A stretch of DNA of 64,000 nucleotides from Bradymonadia bacterium (lineage in GTDB: Bacteria; Myxococcota_A; Bradymonadia; UBA7976; UBA1532), in assembly GCA_046290225.1 (NCBI GenBank), contig JBKAGE010000036.1, positions 320,001-384,000 of the forward strand, in the 5' to 3' direction. Under the pieces are notes generated by a model. That model saw only the letters and a program-made list of their open reading frames with translations, searched no databases and was not told where the DNA came from. This document shows, piece by piece, positions 38,712 through 48,509 of the stretch. Numbering within the stretch: the first letter of the stretch is position 1; each line of letters opens with the position of its first letter. The translations under genes were made by a program, and so were the position numbers.

Positions 38712-41306
38712 GTGCGTCGATCTGCATCGAGCCCCCTCCTCCCGGCGCTTCTCGCCGCGGCCACCACCCTGGCCGTCTGCCCCACGGCGAACGCCAACGT
38801 GACGCCCTTCGGAGAGCGGGTCAACGAGGCCATCGAGCGTGGCCTGACCTACCTGAGGAACATCCAACAGGGGAACGGCCGCTTCGGCGACAACAACACC
38901 TCTGGCGGGCCCACGGGCCTGGCGCTCCTAGCGTTCTTGGAGAAGCGGGCCAGCGCTGACTGGAACGCCGCTCACGTGGGCTATGAGAACTCCAGCCCTG
39001 ATGATCAGCAGCGCATCCGCAACGGGGTGCGCCACTGCATCGACAACGTGCCGGGCTTCCGAGGCGGCAACCCCTACTCCTACACCACGGGCTCATGCCT
39101 CATGGCCCTGAGCCTCTATCTCACCACCGGCGGCCCCAATGACGTAGGGGCAGGCGCCGCGGTGAACACCGCGGTGAACAACGCCGTGAATGCCCTGCGC
39201 AACACCCAGGGCAGCCAGGGCTCCAACCAGGGTGGCTGGAACTACACCACGCCCGACAGCAATGGCGATCTCTCCACGACGCAGTTCTCCATGGCAGGCC
39301 TCGCCGCGGCGGTCTCGGTGCGCCCGGACGCCGGCGACACCCTGCCCCTGGCGGTGAGCTTCGTCACCAACGCCAAGAACGGTGACGGCGGCCACAAGTA
39401 CCGCAGCGGAGGCAACTACAACAGCACCTCGGCGATGTCGGCCTCGGGCCTCTGGACCTACCGCCTCGCGGGCCTGCCCACGAGCGACGATCGGGTGCAG
39501 TCCGCCCTTGGCTGGCTGCAGAGCAACTATCGCTACAACAGCCTGATCACCATCAACGGTTGGCAGAGCCAGTACTACTACCTCTGGGCCGCCGCGAAGG
39601 GCTTCGAGGTGACCCCCGATGATGGCAATGGGGCAGCGATCTACGCCGACAACATCGGCGGCGTGCGCGATCCTGCCGGCGACGGGTTCCCCGAAGAAGC
39701 TCCGAACTGGTACTACGACTTCGCCTGGTACCTCATGGACGTACAGGCAGGGAACGGCAGCTGGGGCAGCAACCCCGGCAGCTGGGACGTCACCGCAGCA
39801 ACCTCGTACTCCATCCTCGTGCTGCAGCGCTCCCTCGGCGGGGTCTGCATCCTCGACGAGGACATGGACGACTTCTGCGACACCCTCGAAGACAACTGCC
39901 CCGGCATCCCCAACCCTGATCAGGCCGATCAAGACGGCGACGGCATCGGCGATGTCTGCGACAACTGTCCCGAGGAGGCCAACGTCGATCAGGTCGATGA
40001 GGACGCCGACGGCATCGGTGACGCCTGCGACGACATCATCTGTGTGCCCGACGGCAACCCAGATCTCTGCGACGGGCTGGACAACGACTGCGACGGCGAG
40101 GTGGACGAAGGTCCCGACGGCGCCGCTCCGGTGGCCCCGGGCACCTGCGCAACGGGCCTGCCGGGCCTCTGCGCCACGGGTCAGCGCGCCTGCATCGACG
40201 GCGAGGTGGTCTGTGAGCCCGACAACGAGCCCACGGACGACATCTGCGATCTCTACGACAACGACTGCGACGGCATGATCGATGAGGGGCTCTACAACGT
40301 CTGCGGCACCTGCGGCGAGGTCCCTCAGGAAGAGTGCAATGGCATCGACGACGACTGCGACGGCACCATCGACGAGGGTGGCGATCTCTGCGACATCGGC
40401 GCCACCTGCGCTCAGGGCGACTGCCGCACCAACTGCCCGGATCGTGAGTGTCTCAACGGCGGTGAGTTCTGTGATCCTGATCTGCTGCTCTGTGGCGAGG
40501 CCTGTGAGCTGGTGGAGTGTGGCTTCGGTCTCGCCTGTGATCCGCAAACGAATCAGTGCTTCGACCCCTGCGCTGGCGTGAGCTGTGGCGACGGCGAGCG
40601 CTGCTGGCTCGGCGACTGCGTGCCCAATGACTGTGAGTACACGGGCTGTGAAGCGGGCAGCATCTGCGACGGCAACGAGTGTGTGCCTGATCCCTGCGCA
40701 GCGGCGGAGTGCGAAGAAGGCGAGTTCTGTCGTGGTGGTCAGTGTATCCCCAGCTGCGCTCAGGTCAGCTGCACCTTCGGTGAGGTCTGTGTTGATGGCG
40801 CCTGTGTAGAGGATCCGTGTGGCGGGGTCACCTGCCCCGACGGCGAGGCCTGCATCGACGGCTTCTGCGAGGCTGATCCCTGTGAGGGTGTGAACGATTG
40901 TGGTGAGAACCAGTTCTGCCTGAACGGCGAGTGCATCTTCGATCCCTGCACCGACGTGGCCTGTCCTCCGGGGCAAACCTGTGAGGTGCGCCAGGGGACG
41001 GCCCAGTGCATCCGCATCGTTCAGCCCGAGCCGATGATGCCCCCTGGCCCCGACATGGGGGTCGGCGGCGCCGGTGGCATGGGCGGTATGGGCGGCGCTG
41101 GTGGATTCGGTGCTGGCCCTGGCGGTGCGGGTGGCACCGGCGGTGGTGGCATCACGCCTCCGCCCCCGGCACCTGACTCCGGCGTGGACGATGGCGGCTC
41201 TGGCGACGAGGCTGGGGGCTGCAACTGTGATGCTTCGACGGGCGGTGGTGCCTCCGGGCTCTGGCTGCTGGTCTTGGGCCTGGGGCTGTTGCGTCGGCGG
41301 CGCTGA
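38712..41306 (+). CDS. Surface protein: prenyltransferase/terpene-cyclase-like alpha-alpha barrel + TSP3 + MopE-like + Cys-rich repeats + MYXO-CTERM
   Basis: AGGAG RBS and signal peptide; [50 protein letters not shown] x3; [20 protein letters not shown]. Confidence 0.88.
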   Translation: MRRSASSPLLPALLAAATTLAVCPTANANVTPFGERVNEAIERGLTYLRNIQQGNGRFGDNNTSGGPTGLALLAFLEKRASADWNAAHVGYENSSPDDQQRIRNGVRHCIDNVPGFRGGNPYSYTTGSCLMALSLYLTTGGPNDVGAGAAVNTAVNNAVNALRNTQGSQGSNQGGWNYTTPDSNGDLSTTQFSMAGLAAAVSVRPDAGDTLPLAVSFVTNAKNGDGGHKYRSGGNYNSTSAMSASGLWTYRLAGLPTSDDRVQSALGWLQSNYRYNSLITINGWQSQYYYLWAAAKGFEVTPDDGNGAAIYADNIGGVRDPAGDGFPEEAPNWYYDFAWYLMDVQAGNGSWGSNPGSWDVTAATSYSILVLQRSLGGVCILDEDMDDFCDTLEDNCPGIPNPDQADQDGDGIGDVCDNCPEEANVDQVDEDADGIGDACDDIICVPDGNPDLCDGLDNDCDGEVDEGPDGAAPVAPGTCATGLPGLCATGQRACIDGEVVCEPDNEPTDDICDLYDNDCDGMIDEGLYNVCGTCGEVPQEECNGIDDDCDGTIDEGGDLCDIGATCAQGDCRTNCPDRECLNGGEFCDPDLLLCGEACELVECGFGLACDPQTNQCFDPCAGVSCGDGERCWLGDCVPNDCEYTGCEAGSICDGNECVPDPCAAAECEEGEFCRGGQCIPSCAQVSCTFGEVCVDGACVEDPCGGVTCPDGEACIDGFCEADPCEGVNDCGENQFCLNGECIFDPCTDVACPPGQTCEVRQGTAQCIRIVQPEPMMPPGPDMGVGGAGGMGGMGGAGGFGAGPGGAGGTGGGGITPPPPAPDSGVDDGGSGDEAGGCNCDASTGGGASGLWLLVLGLGLLRRRR

Positions 41307-41337
41307 GCTCTTCTATTGGGCTCTATCTGCAGCTCAG
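41303..41337. terminator. Possible terminator hairpin
   Basis: ctgagct...agctcag inverted repeat at the stop of the MYXO-CTERM gene; no U tract. Confidence 0.3.
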
Positions 41338-41359
41338 AATAAGTCTGACAGGTGTAGGA

Positions 41360-41794
41360 CTCGCTTCGCTCGCAGAGAGAGTTTTTCGGGCACGGGCACG
41401 GGCACGGGCACGGGCACGAGTTTCACGGGTGTGGACAGTGCAGCCTGAGGCTGCATGTCTTGGAGCGAGTGTAGGCCTGCGTAGCCGGCCGGAGGGAGCG
41501 GAAAGACACCCGGAGGGCTGTCCACTGGTCAACCTGACCCATGGCCCTGCATGACTCCGCTCGTGGGTGTGTGATGGTGGAGGCTCCACTCGGCCCCATG
41601 TGTCTCTCATTGGAGGTTTTGACCTCCATACACCCCAAGACCTGAACTCTCAGGTCGTTCTGAAACGCATCATTCCAGCGTCAGTCGTAGCCTTTGCCCT
41701 GAGTCATGCAGGGCCACGGGTTCACACCCGTAAAACTCGTGCCCGTGCCCGTGCCCGTGCCCGTGCCCGAAAACTGATCTGCGAGCGAAGCGAG
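41360..41794. mobile_element. MITE/REPIN-like element, copy 2 (core inverted relative to copy 1; 102-bp insertion in the left arm)
   Basis: Same arms as copy 1. Core 41558-41700 is the reverse complement of 36491-36633 (about 110/143 identical by hand count, ungapped). Confidence 0.75.
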
Positions 41795-41829
41795 CCCACC
41801 CCCATCACACCAACAACGTAGAAGTCTAC

Positions 41830-42624
41830 TCAATCCAGCTTGAGCGCCCGCAACTCAGTCGGCCTCATCCAAGCACCCGCACCATTCGGGAGAATGATGC
41901 CCACCCAGCCCTCTTCCTCCCCACGCACTTGCACCTTCACCCCAGCGTACACCTCGGCCACCGTTTTGTAGTTCGACTCCGGGCCCACCTTGGCCAGGGC
42001 CTTGTCGGCGATCACGATGGCGTAGGTGTTCTGGCTCACCACCAACTCGCGACCCAGGATCAAGCCCCCGGACGCCAGAGCGCCGAGGCCGACCAGCACC
42101 GCCGAGAACATCAACGCAGTGCGGCGACCCCCCACGGCATAGCGAATGGCCAACAGCAGCGCGAAGAGTGTCGTCCAGAACACAGCCGCCATGATCGTCA
42201 GCGTGCTCGGAGACAACGCCATGAAGAGATCAGTGCTCGTATCTGACTGACCAGGCACGATGCGTTTTTGATCGCTGCCCTCAGCGCCGATGCGTTCGAG
42301 CACCTGATCGGTGACCACCTTGAGGTTGTGTTGCGCGTCGGCATCTTCGGGGCGCAACAGCAAGGCTTGCTCGAAGGCCCACACGGCCTTGCCCAGATCC
42401 CCTGCCCCAGCGTGGGCGTTGCCGAGATTGAAGTACACATCAGCATTGCGGACCCCGGCGTCGATCACCTGACCATAGGTGGCGATGGCCTGCCTGTGTT
42501 TGCCTTGCCAGAACGCCTCGTTGCCCGCCTTGAAGTCTTCGACAGGGCCGCCGTGGGCCAGAGTGGCTGTCAGCCCGAGGGCCAGGGTGATGATGCACGC
42601 TTTGAGCACAGCGCTTTTGCTCAT
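41830..42624 (-). CDS. batE: BatE-like TPR + TM + SH3 protein
   Basis: VYFNLGNA..FEQALLLRP..AQHNL; two TM helices; SH3b-like GWVGI..GAWM; operon context. Confidence 0.85.
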   Translation of the reverse strand: MSKSAVLKACIITLALGLTATLAHGGPVEDFKAGNEAFWQGKHRQAIATYGQVIDAGVRNADVYFNLGNAHAGAGDLGKAVWAFEQALLLRPEDADAQHNLKVVTDQVLERIGAEGSDQKRIVPGQSDTSTDLFMALSPSTLTIMAAVFWTTLFALLLAIRYAVGGRRTALMFSAVLVGLGALASGGLILGRELVVSQNTYAIVIADKALAKVGPESNYKTVAEVYAGVKVQVRGEEEGWVGIILPNGAGAWMRPTELRALKLD

Positions 42625-44405
42625 GACAGCTCCTGCTCGGCCTGCTCGATGAGACCTCGGGCGCGGCCCAGGGCTTCTTGGAGCTCTCCAGAGCGGCTCC
42701 CTGTGGGGGCGAATCGCGCGAAGTCACAGTTCTCGAGCTCGTCAGCGAAGGCCTTTGCGAGGGCATCGCTCAGACCGTGTGCCTTCAGGCTCGCCATCAG
42801 CTGGGGCCGCGTGAGACCTTGGACGGGGGTACCGAAGCGCTGGCCCAGGTAGCCATTGAGCGCCTTGGCAATGCCCATGAAGCCCTCAGCCCCAGAGGCC
42901 GAGGCAATGCCCCCAAGCACCTTCTGAGCATCACCTGCGGCGGCCTGAACCGCCCGAGCCCCTGCCCCCTCACCGTGACGTGCTGCCATCCGCTCTCGGA
43001 TGATCAGCACCCCAAACAACATCGGTGGCAACAAGACGAAGGTAACGAAGAGTGGAGAGGCGTACATTGGGAGCCCCTCAGTGGCCAGGCTACTCTCGCC
43101 TCTGATGGTGCGCAGGCCAGCGCCAGGCTCTGTGGTGGTCTGAGCATCAGAGTGGGTGGCCACATCGTCCACTTCACCGCTCACCTCGATCGACAGCGGA
43201 CGAGTACGGGCGATGCGGTACTTGCCAGACACCGGGTCGAAGTAGGGCAGCTCGATCTGTGGAATCTTCAGCTTGCCCGTTCTCGTGGGCCGCAGCAACC
43301 ACGTCGCCGTGCGGGTGCCCTGCAGCTGATCACGGTGGACGTTGGCGTCCTGGTTCTTGGTCGGATCGAAGACCTTGAAGCCCGGCAGATCAGGCAGCTC
43401 CAGCTCCGGCACGTTCTGCAGCAGACCCTTCACGCGGGTGAGGATCGTCAGTTGCACACCCTGGTTGCCCTTGATGCGTGTGCGATCCACCTTGGCGATC
43501 AGGTTGATGCGCCCCACAGCAGGCCCTGAGAACCCCTTGGGGCGCTTGGCCGAGGGCAGCGGCTTGACCTCGAGCTTCAGCTCGGGGGCCGTCCGAGTGA
43601 TGGCGCGGCTGCCGCGACCAAACCCCGCTCGGGCATCCATCGACACTTCCACCTCGGGCAGGCTCAGCTGGCCGGCTTTGAGGGGAAACAGCACATACCG
43701 ATTGCTCTGCTGCCGCACATAGGATCGACCGTTCACGGTCACCGTCCGCGCCCGCTCGTTGCGACCGTTCACCGGCTGATTCCAGAAGCCCTCGAGGTTG
43801 ATGTTGCTCGACCCGGTGGGGTTGATGCTGAGGCGGCGATTCACATAGAAGACCAGGCTGGCGTTCACCTGCTCGCCGAGCCAGGGATTCTCCTTGTCGA
43901 CCTCCCATCGCAAGAAGACCAGCTCGTCGGTCCCGTCAGATCCAGTCTTGCTGTCTCCGAAGATGCCCTGTGGTGAAGGTGGTGCCGGACCGTCGCCGGT
44001 GACTTTGATGGTGACAGGCTGACTCTTGTGCACCTGCCCACCGGACTTCAGAGAAAACGCGCCGATGGTGAGATCGCCCACCCCTTCGGGGCGCATGGTG
44101 AGATCGATGGTGGTCTGTCGCTGACCGCTGATGCCGTCGAACCGCATCTGGCGACTCTGATTGGTGACGCTCCACTGCCCCAGAGGAGGCATCTCCACGT
44201 CACCGCCGCCGCGACCGCCCTGACGCACGACGACCCGCAGACGCATGGTCTGTCCATAGGCGATGGAGCGGGCGCTCACCTGTACCTGAATGGAGGGCTT
44301 CTGGGCGCTGCCCTTCGGCTGGGCCATGGCGAAGCTGCACAGGCCGAGGCACGCCGACAGGGCGAGGGCCCACACTGACACAGATCTGAGCGCAGAGGTG
44401 CTCAC
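42621..44405 (-). CDS. batD: BatD family protein
   Basis: Signal peptide, repeated Ig-like units (LFPLKAGQLSLP, LPYFDP..Y), TM helix, C-terminal CDFARFAP. Confidence 0.88.
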   Translation of the reverse strand: MSTSALRSVSVWALALSACLGLCSFAMAQPKGSAQKPSIQVQVSARSIAYGQTMRLRVVVRQGGRGGGDVEMPPLGQWSVTNQSRQMRFDGISGQRQTTIDLTMRPEGVGDLTIGAFSLKSGGQVHKSQPVTIKVTGDGPAPPSPQGIFGDSKTGSDGTDELVFLRWEVDKENPWLGEQVNASLVFYVNRRLSINPTGSSNINLEGFWNQPVNGRNERARTVTVNGRSYVRQQSNRYVLFPLKAGQLSLPEVEVSMDARAGFGRGSRAITRTAPELKLEVKPLPSAKRPKGFSGPAVGRINLIAKVDRTRIKGNQGVQLTILTRVKGLLQNVPELELPDLPGFKVFDPTKNQDANVHRDQLQGTRTATWLLRPTRTGKLKIPQIELPYFDPVSGKYRIARTRPLSIEVSGEVDDVATHSDAQTTTEPGAGLRTIRGESSLATEGLPMYASPLFVTFVLLPPMLFGVLIIRERMAARHGEGAGARAVQAAAGDAQKVLGGIASASGAEGFMGIAKALNGYLGQRFGTPVQGLTRPQLMASLKAHGLSDALAKAFADELENCDFARFAPTGSRSGELQEALGRARGLIEQAEQELS

Positions 44406-44408
44406 AGC

Positions 44409-46325
44409 TCAGTAGTCCTCCATCTGGGGCACTGAAGGCAGGTTGCGCAACATCTTCTCGAGCTGGGGGTTCCCTGGCTGCTCGTCGAGGGCGTCGATGA
44501 GTTGTTGTACGTCCACCTGCTCTTCATCTTTGGGCTGCTGTTCTTGGTCCTGTTGCTCATCCTGATCCTGATCTTGTTGCTGATCCTGATCCTGTTGCTG
44601 GTCCTGATCCTGTTGGTCCTGCTGCTCATCCTGATCTTGTTGATCCTGATTTTGCTGCTGGTCCTGGTTCTGATCCTGGCCAGACTCCTGGGGCGGCTTG
44701 AAGGTGACGTCGTAGGTGTTCTCTTTCTCTGCGGTGGTCACCCTGGCGAGGAACACACGCTCGTCGTCGGCCTCTTTGAAGCTGAGCATCTGGCCTTGCT
44801 GGTTCTGGCGAGCTTTGCGCAGCATGGTCTTGCCGTCTACATCGTAGAGCTCGACGTCGAGCAGCGCCCGCTCGGTGTCGTGGACCACGGTGAACTCCAT
44901 GGCCTCGTCGGCGGGGACCGTGAACTTGAACCAGTCAGCATCCCCGACACACGACTTCAGGCCACGAACGGCTTCTCCTTCGACGGCTGTGGCAGCATCG
45001 GGTACGTCGTTCTCTTCGTGGGCATCGTCGGCGGGGCACGGCGGCGCCACCTCGACCTTCACGGTGTAGTTCAGCTCACCACGACCTTTGCCCATGATGC
45101 GAAACGCCCAGGTGCCTTCTTCGTCGACGATGCGCACCCCGAGGCGGGCCTTGCCCTTGACGAACTTCGAGACGTTGGCCAGTCGCATGCCCGCCTCGGT
45201 AGGCTGGTACAGCAGAACCTCGGCCTCTCGCTCTGCCCCCCAGGCCTCGTCGACCTCGCCGCTCACGGTGACGAAGAGCCCCTCGTTGACCCCCACCGGC
45301 ACGGCGAACCAGTCCTCGTCGTCGGGACAAAGAATGTACTCCGCAGGCTGGGGCTCCTCGCCCTGACCCGGAGGCGCCCCAGGTTGGCCCTGGGCCTGTG
45401 TGGGAGGCAGCGGTGGCTTGGCCTGGAACAACGAGTCGTCTTCCTCGTGGGGATCATCCCGCTCGGCGCAGGGGGGCAGCGCCTCGAGGGTGATGCCATA
45501 GCTGATCTCGGCCTTGCCGGGACCGGCGAGCTGCACCAGCCAGGTCCCCGAGGTGGGCAGCTCCGCCACGCCGATACGCGCCTCACCGCCCTCAAGCTTC
45601 ACAGTGCGCATGGGCGCATTGCCGTTGGGGGCGTAGAGGTTCACCACCGCATCGCGGGTGTCGTCTTCTTCGGCCTCGATCGAATGGTTGATCACCACCC
45701 GGAGAGCGCCACCGGCCTGAGCCTCCACGGCGTACCAGTCCTCGTCCGCAGGGCACAGCAGCCGATCTTTCTGGGGGCCTTCCTGCTCGGCGTCCTGTGG
45801 AGGTGCCTCGAGGGGCTTTGCCTGGCCCCGGGCGTCGTCGGGCTCGTGATCATCGTCCCGGACCGAGCACGGCGGATGCAGCTTGAACCACGCCAGCTCG
45901 AGGTTCCAACGCGCGTCTTCGTCCTCGGGGTGGATTTTGAGGACCTCCCCAAAGAGACGATGGGCCTTGGACCAGTCTTCTTTCTCAAGGGCCAGCAGGC
46001 CCCGGGCGAACGCGATGCGGGCCTTGAGGTCGAGCAGCTCTGGGGGTTTGGGATCTTCGGCCTCGATGAGAGCATCGAGGGTCTGCCGCCACGCCAAATC
46101 GAGTGAGGTGCTCGCGGCCTCGCCGTTGTCCGTGGCCATTTGAGCGAGGCCCCGGGCGAAGTGCACTTCTGGGGCATCGTCGTCCACGCGGCCGAGGGCG
46201 TCGATGGCCCCCTGGCCATCCTGTGCAGCGAGGCGCCGCCCCGCCTCGTCCACATCTCCATCGGCGCAGACAAAGGGCCCGAAACCCACAAGCCAGAGCG
46301 CAGTCAACGCGATCTTGAGCCTCAC
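44409..46325 (-). CDS. BatC-like TPR protein with three inserted PPC-like repeats and a Q/D-rich tail
   Basis: DEDARWNLELA TPR; three C..DD.HE.(N/D)D..C..D.DW(Y/F) units; QD-rich tail ending MEDY; sits between batB and batD. Confidence 0.75.
   Translation of the reverse strand: MRLKIALTALWLVGFGPFVCADGDVDEAGRRLAAQDGQGAIDALGRVDDDAPEVHFARGLAQMATDNGEAASTSLDLAWRQTLDALIEAEDPKPPELLDLKARIAFARGLLALEKEDWSKAHRLFGEVLKIHPEDEDARWNLELAWFKLHPPCSVRDDDHEPDDARGQAKPLEAPPQDAEQEGPQKDRLLCPADEDWYAVEAQAGGALRVVINHSIEAEEDDTRDAVVNLYAPNGNAPMRTVKLEGGEARIGVAELPTSGTWLVQLAGPGKAEISYGITLEALPPCAERDDPHEEDDSLFQAKPPLPPTQAQGQPGAPPGQGEEPQPAEYILCPDDEDWFAVPVGVNEGLFVTVSGEVDEAWGAEREAEVLLYQPTEAGMRLANVSKFVKGKARLGVRIVDEEGTWAFRIMGKGRGELNYTVKVEVAPPCPADDAHEENDVPDAATAVEGEAVRGLKSCVGDADWFKFTVPADEAMEFTVVHDTERALLDVELYDVDGKTMLRKARQNQQGQMLSFKEADDERVFLARVTTAEKENTYDVTFKPPQESGQDQNQDQQQNQDQQDQDEQQDQQDQDQQQDQDQQQDQDQDEQQDQEQQPKDEEQVDVQQLIDALDEQPGNPQLEKMLRNLPSVPQMEDY
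44535..44685 (-). repeat. Low-complexity Q/D coding repeat
   Basis: QDQNQDQQQNQDQQDQDEQQDQQDQDQQQ... Confidence 0.8.
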
Positions 46326-47389
46326 GAGACCACCTCCTGCCGGCGGCGCTCACGGATCCAGAGCTCAGCGATCAACAACAGCAACGCCGGGCCCAGGATG
46401 TACTGGTACTTCTCCCCGAAGGCCTGCCGCAGGCTGCTCTCCATCACCGCCCGTTGCAACGTGCCCAGGGCGGCGATGAGCTCGTCGGCCACAGGGGTGC
46501 TGCCGTCGAACTGGAATACCCGTGGATCATCGATGGCCTCGGGATCAGCGAGATCGGCCAGCTGTTCGAGCAGCTCGATGTTGAGCTGGCTGTAGATCGG
46601 CTTGCCGCTGGAGTCCTTCTGATAGCCCGCGTGGGTGCCGTCCTCGGCGACAATGGGGATCGGCTCCCCAAGCTTGGTGCCCACAGCGACGGCAAAGATC
46701 CTCACGCCCGCCTCGGCGGCTTCCTTGGCGGCGGCCTGAGCGGCCTCGCCCTTGTCGCGAGCAACATCTTCGCCATCAGTGATGAGCAAGATCACCCGGC
46801 TACGCTGCCCGCCCTCGTCGGCCTTGTCACCCACACTGGTGAGCAGGCGCAGGCTCTCTCGGATGGCCATGGCGAGGTGGGTTCCGCCCACAGGCATCTT
46901 CTGTGGGTCGAGGCTGTTCATGTAGAGCTTGATGGCGCTGTCGTCGTGGGTCAGCGGGCTCTGGGTGAACGCCACCCCCGCGAAGGGCACCAAAGCCACT
47001 CGATCACCGGTGAGGCGCTCGATGAGGGTCAACAGCTGGCTGCGAGCGGCGCTGATCCGTGAAGGCGACACGTCGCGGGCAAGCATCGACTTGCTGATGT
47101 CGAAGGCCACGGCGATGTCCATGCCAGTGCGCTTGAGGGTGCGCGGCTGCACGCCGAACTGCGGGCGTAAGAACGCGAAGACCATCAGGCAGAGGGCGAG
47201 GCCGGTGAGCAGCTGCTTGAGCAGCCGCGCTTCGGGGTTGAACCGGGCCAGGAGTCGCTGCACCAGAGGGTGGCGGCCGAGCTGAGCCACAAGGGCTTTG
47301 TGCCGCACCGAGGCATAGACCCACAGGCCCGCAGCGATGACCGGCAGGGCCCACAGCCACCACCACGCGTCGTCGGCGCCGAACCTCAT
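46322..47389 (-). CDS. batB: BatB-like vWA membrane protein
   Basis: DISKSMLARDVSPSR MIDAS, PLTHD, LITDGED. Confidence 0.9.
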   Translation of the reverse strand: MRFGADDAWWWLWALPVIAAGLWVYASVRHKALVAQLGRHPLVQRLLARFNPEARLLKQLLTGLALCLMVFAFLRPQFGVQPRTLKRTGMDIAVAFDISKSMLARDVSPSRISAARSQLLTLIERLTGDRVALVPFAGVAFTQSPLTHDDSAIKLYMNSLDPQKMPVGGTHLAMAIRESLRLLTSVGDKADEGGQRSRVILLITDGEDVARDKGEAAQAAAKEAAEAGVRIFAVAVGTKLGEPIPIVAEDGTHAGYQKDSSGKPIYSQLNIELLEQLADLADPEAIDDPRVFQFDGSTPVADELIAALGTLQRAVMESSLRQAFGEKYQYILGPALLLLIAELWIRERRRQEVVS

Positions 47390-47435
47390 CTCATCTTCTC
47401 CATGACACAGTTCGAGGGCGTACGGCGTGTGCTCG

Positions 47436-48509
47436 TCATGGGAACCTCCGCAGTACGGTCTGGCTGAGCAGCACCTCGAGGAACAACAGCAACAGCGCAG
47501 GGAACAGCGCCCAGTGGAAAGCCTCGGTCCGCTCCGCAGCGGCGAGATCCACCAGGCGGCTCTTCTCGAACCGATCGAGAATGTCCTGGAAGTCTTCGGC
47601 GAGCTTCTTCTTGTCTGTGGCCCGGTAGAAGGTGCCGTCAGTGACCTGAGCGATCTCCTCGAGCAGGGCTGGATTCACCGGGGACGTCACCTTCTGGTAC
47701 ACCGGCTGCTGCGTGAACATGTCCACCCGCCCCGTGGGCTGACGGGACTGATCGTCGGTCCCCACCAGAATCGGGAACACGTGCACCTTCTGTCGAGCGG
47801 CCTCCTTGGCCATCTCCAAGGGAGACACGTTGCTCCCGTTGTCCTCGCCATCAGTGAGCAGGATCACCAGTCGGGTCTTGGCCTCGCTCTCTTTGAGGCG
47901 GGCGAGGCTCATGGCCAGGGCGTTGCCGATGGCCGTGGCCGAGCCGTCGATGTCGTCGAGGGCCATCTGATCGAGTATCCGCAGCATCACCGCGTAATCG
48001 AGGGTGAGCGGGAACATCAAGAAGGCCTGCTTGCCAAAGGCCACGAGACTGATGCGGTCGTACTTTCGCGACTTGACGAAGTCCCGCATGACGTCGGTGG
48101 CGATGGCGAACCGATCTTGCGGCGCCTCGCCTCTGGACAACAGATCGGCGAGCTCGGCGTCGGTGATGTCCACCATGGCCATGGAGCCGGAGAAGTCGAA
48201 GGCCACCACGATGTCGATGCCTTCGACCTCGGCGGTCTCGGCCTCGGTGAGCTGAGGCCTTGTGAGCGCCAGCAGCCCCAAGAGAATGGCTCCGAATCGC
48301 AAGGCGAGGGGTAGGTGAACCAGCCTGACCTTCCAGCCCGGGTTCACCCCCTTTAGCCGGCGCTCGGCGGGGAACTTCATGCCCGGGGTGCGACCACGCC
48401 GATCGCGCCAGACGATGAGCGCGGTGACGACGGCGAAGAGGGACAACAGCCCGAAGACCACCCAGAACCACACAGGGTAGTCAGGCCACACCAGATGCTC
48501 GGTGCTCAT
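47436..48509 (-). CDS. batA: BatA-like vWA membrane protein
   Basis: LTRPQ..GIDIVVAFDFSGSM, PLTLD, TAIGNAL, LLTDGEDN, C-terminal RRFP. Confidence 0.9.
   Translation of the reverse strand: MSTEHLVWPDYPVWFWVVFGLLSLFAVVTALIVWRDRRGRTPGMKFPAERRLKGVNPGWKVRLVHLPLALRFGAILLGLLALTRPQLTEAETAEVEGIDIVVAFDFSGSMAMVDITDAELADLLSRGEAPQDRFAIATDVMRDFVKSRKYDRISLVAFGKQAFLMFPLTLDYAVMLRILDQMALDDIDGSATAIGNALAMSLARLKESEAKTRLVILLTDGEDNGSNVSPLEMAKEAARQKVHVFPILVGTDDQSRQPTGRVDMFTQQPVYQKVTSPVNPALLEEIAQVTDGTFYRATDKKKLAEDFQDILDRFEKSRLVDLAAAERTEAFHWALFPALLLLFLEVLLSQTVLRRFP

Noticed and set aside
39093..40976. Long antisense ORFs (also 11884-13347, 14055-15821, 23162-24460, 44502-46106, 58218-59852)
   Set aside because: Shadow frames of well-supported GC3-rich genes on the opposite strand.
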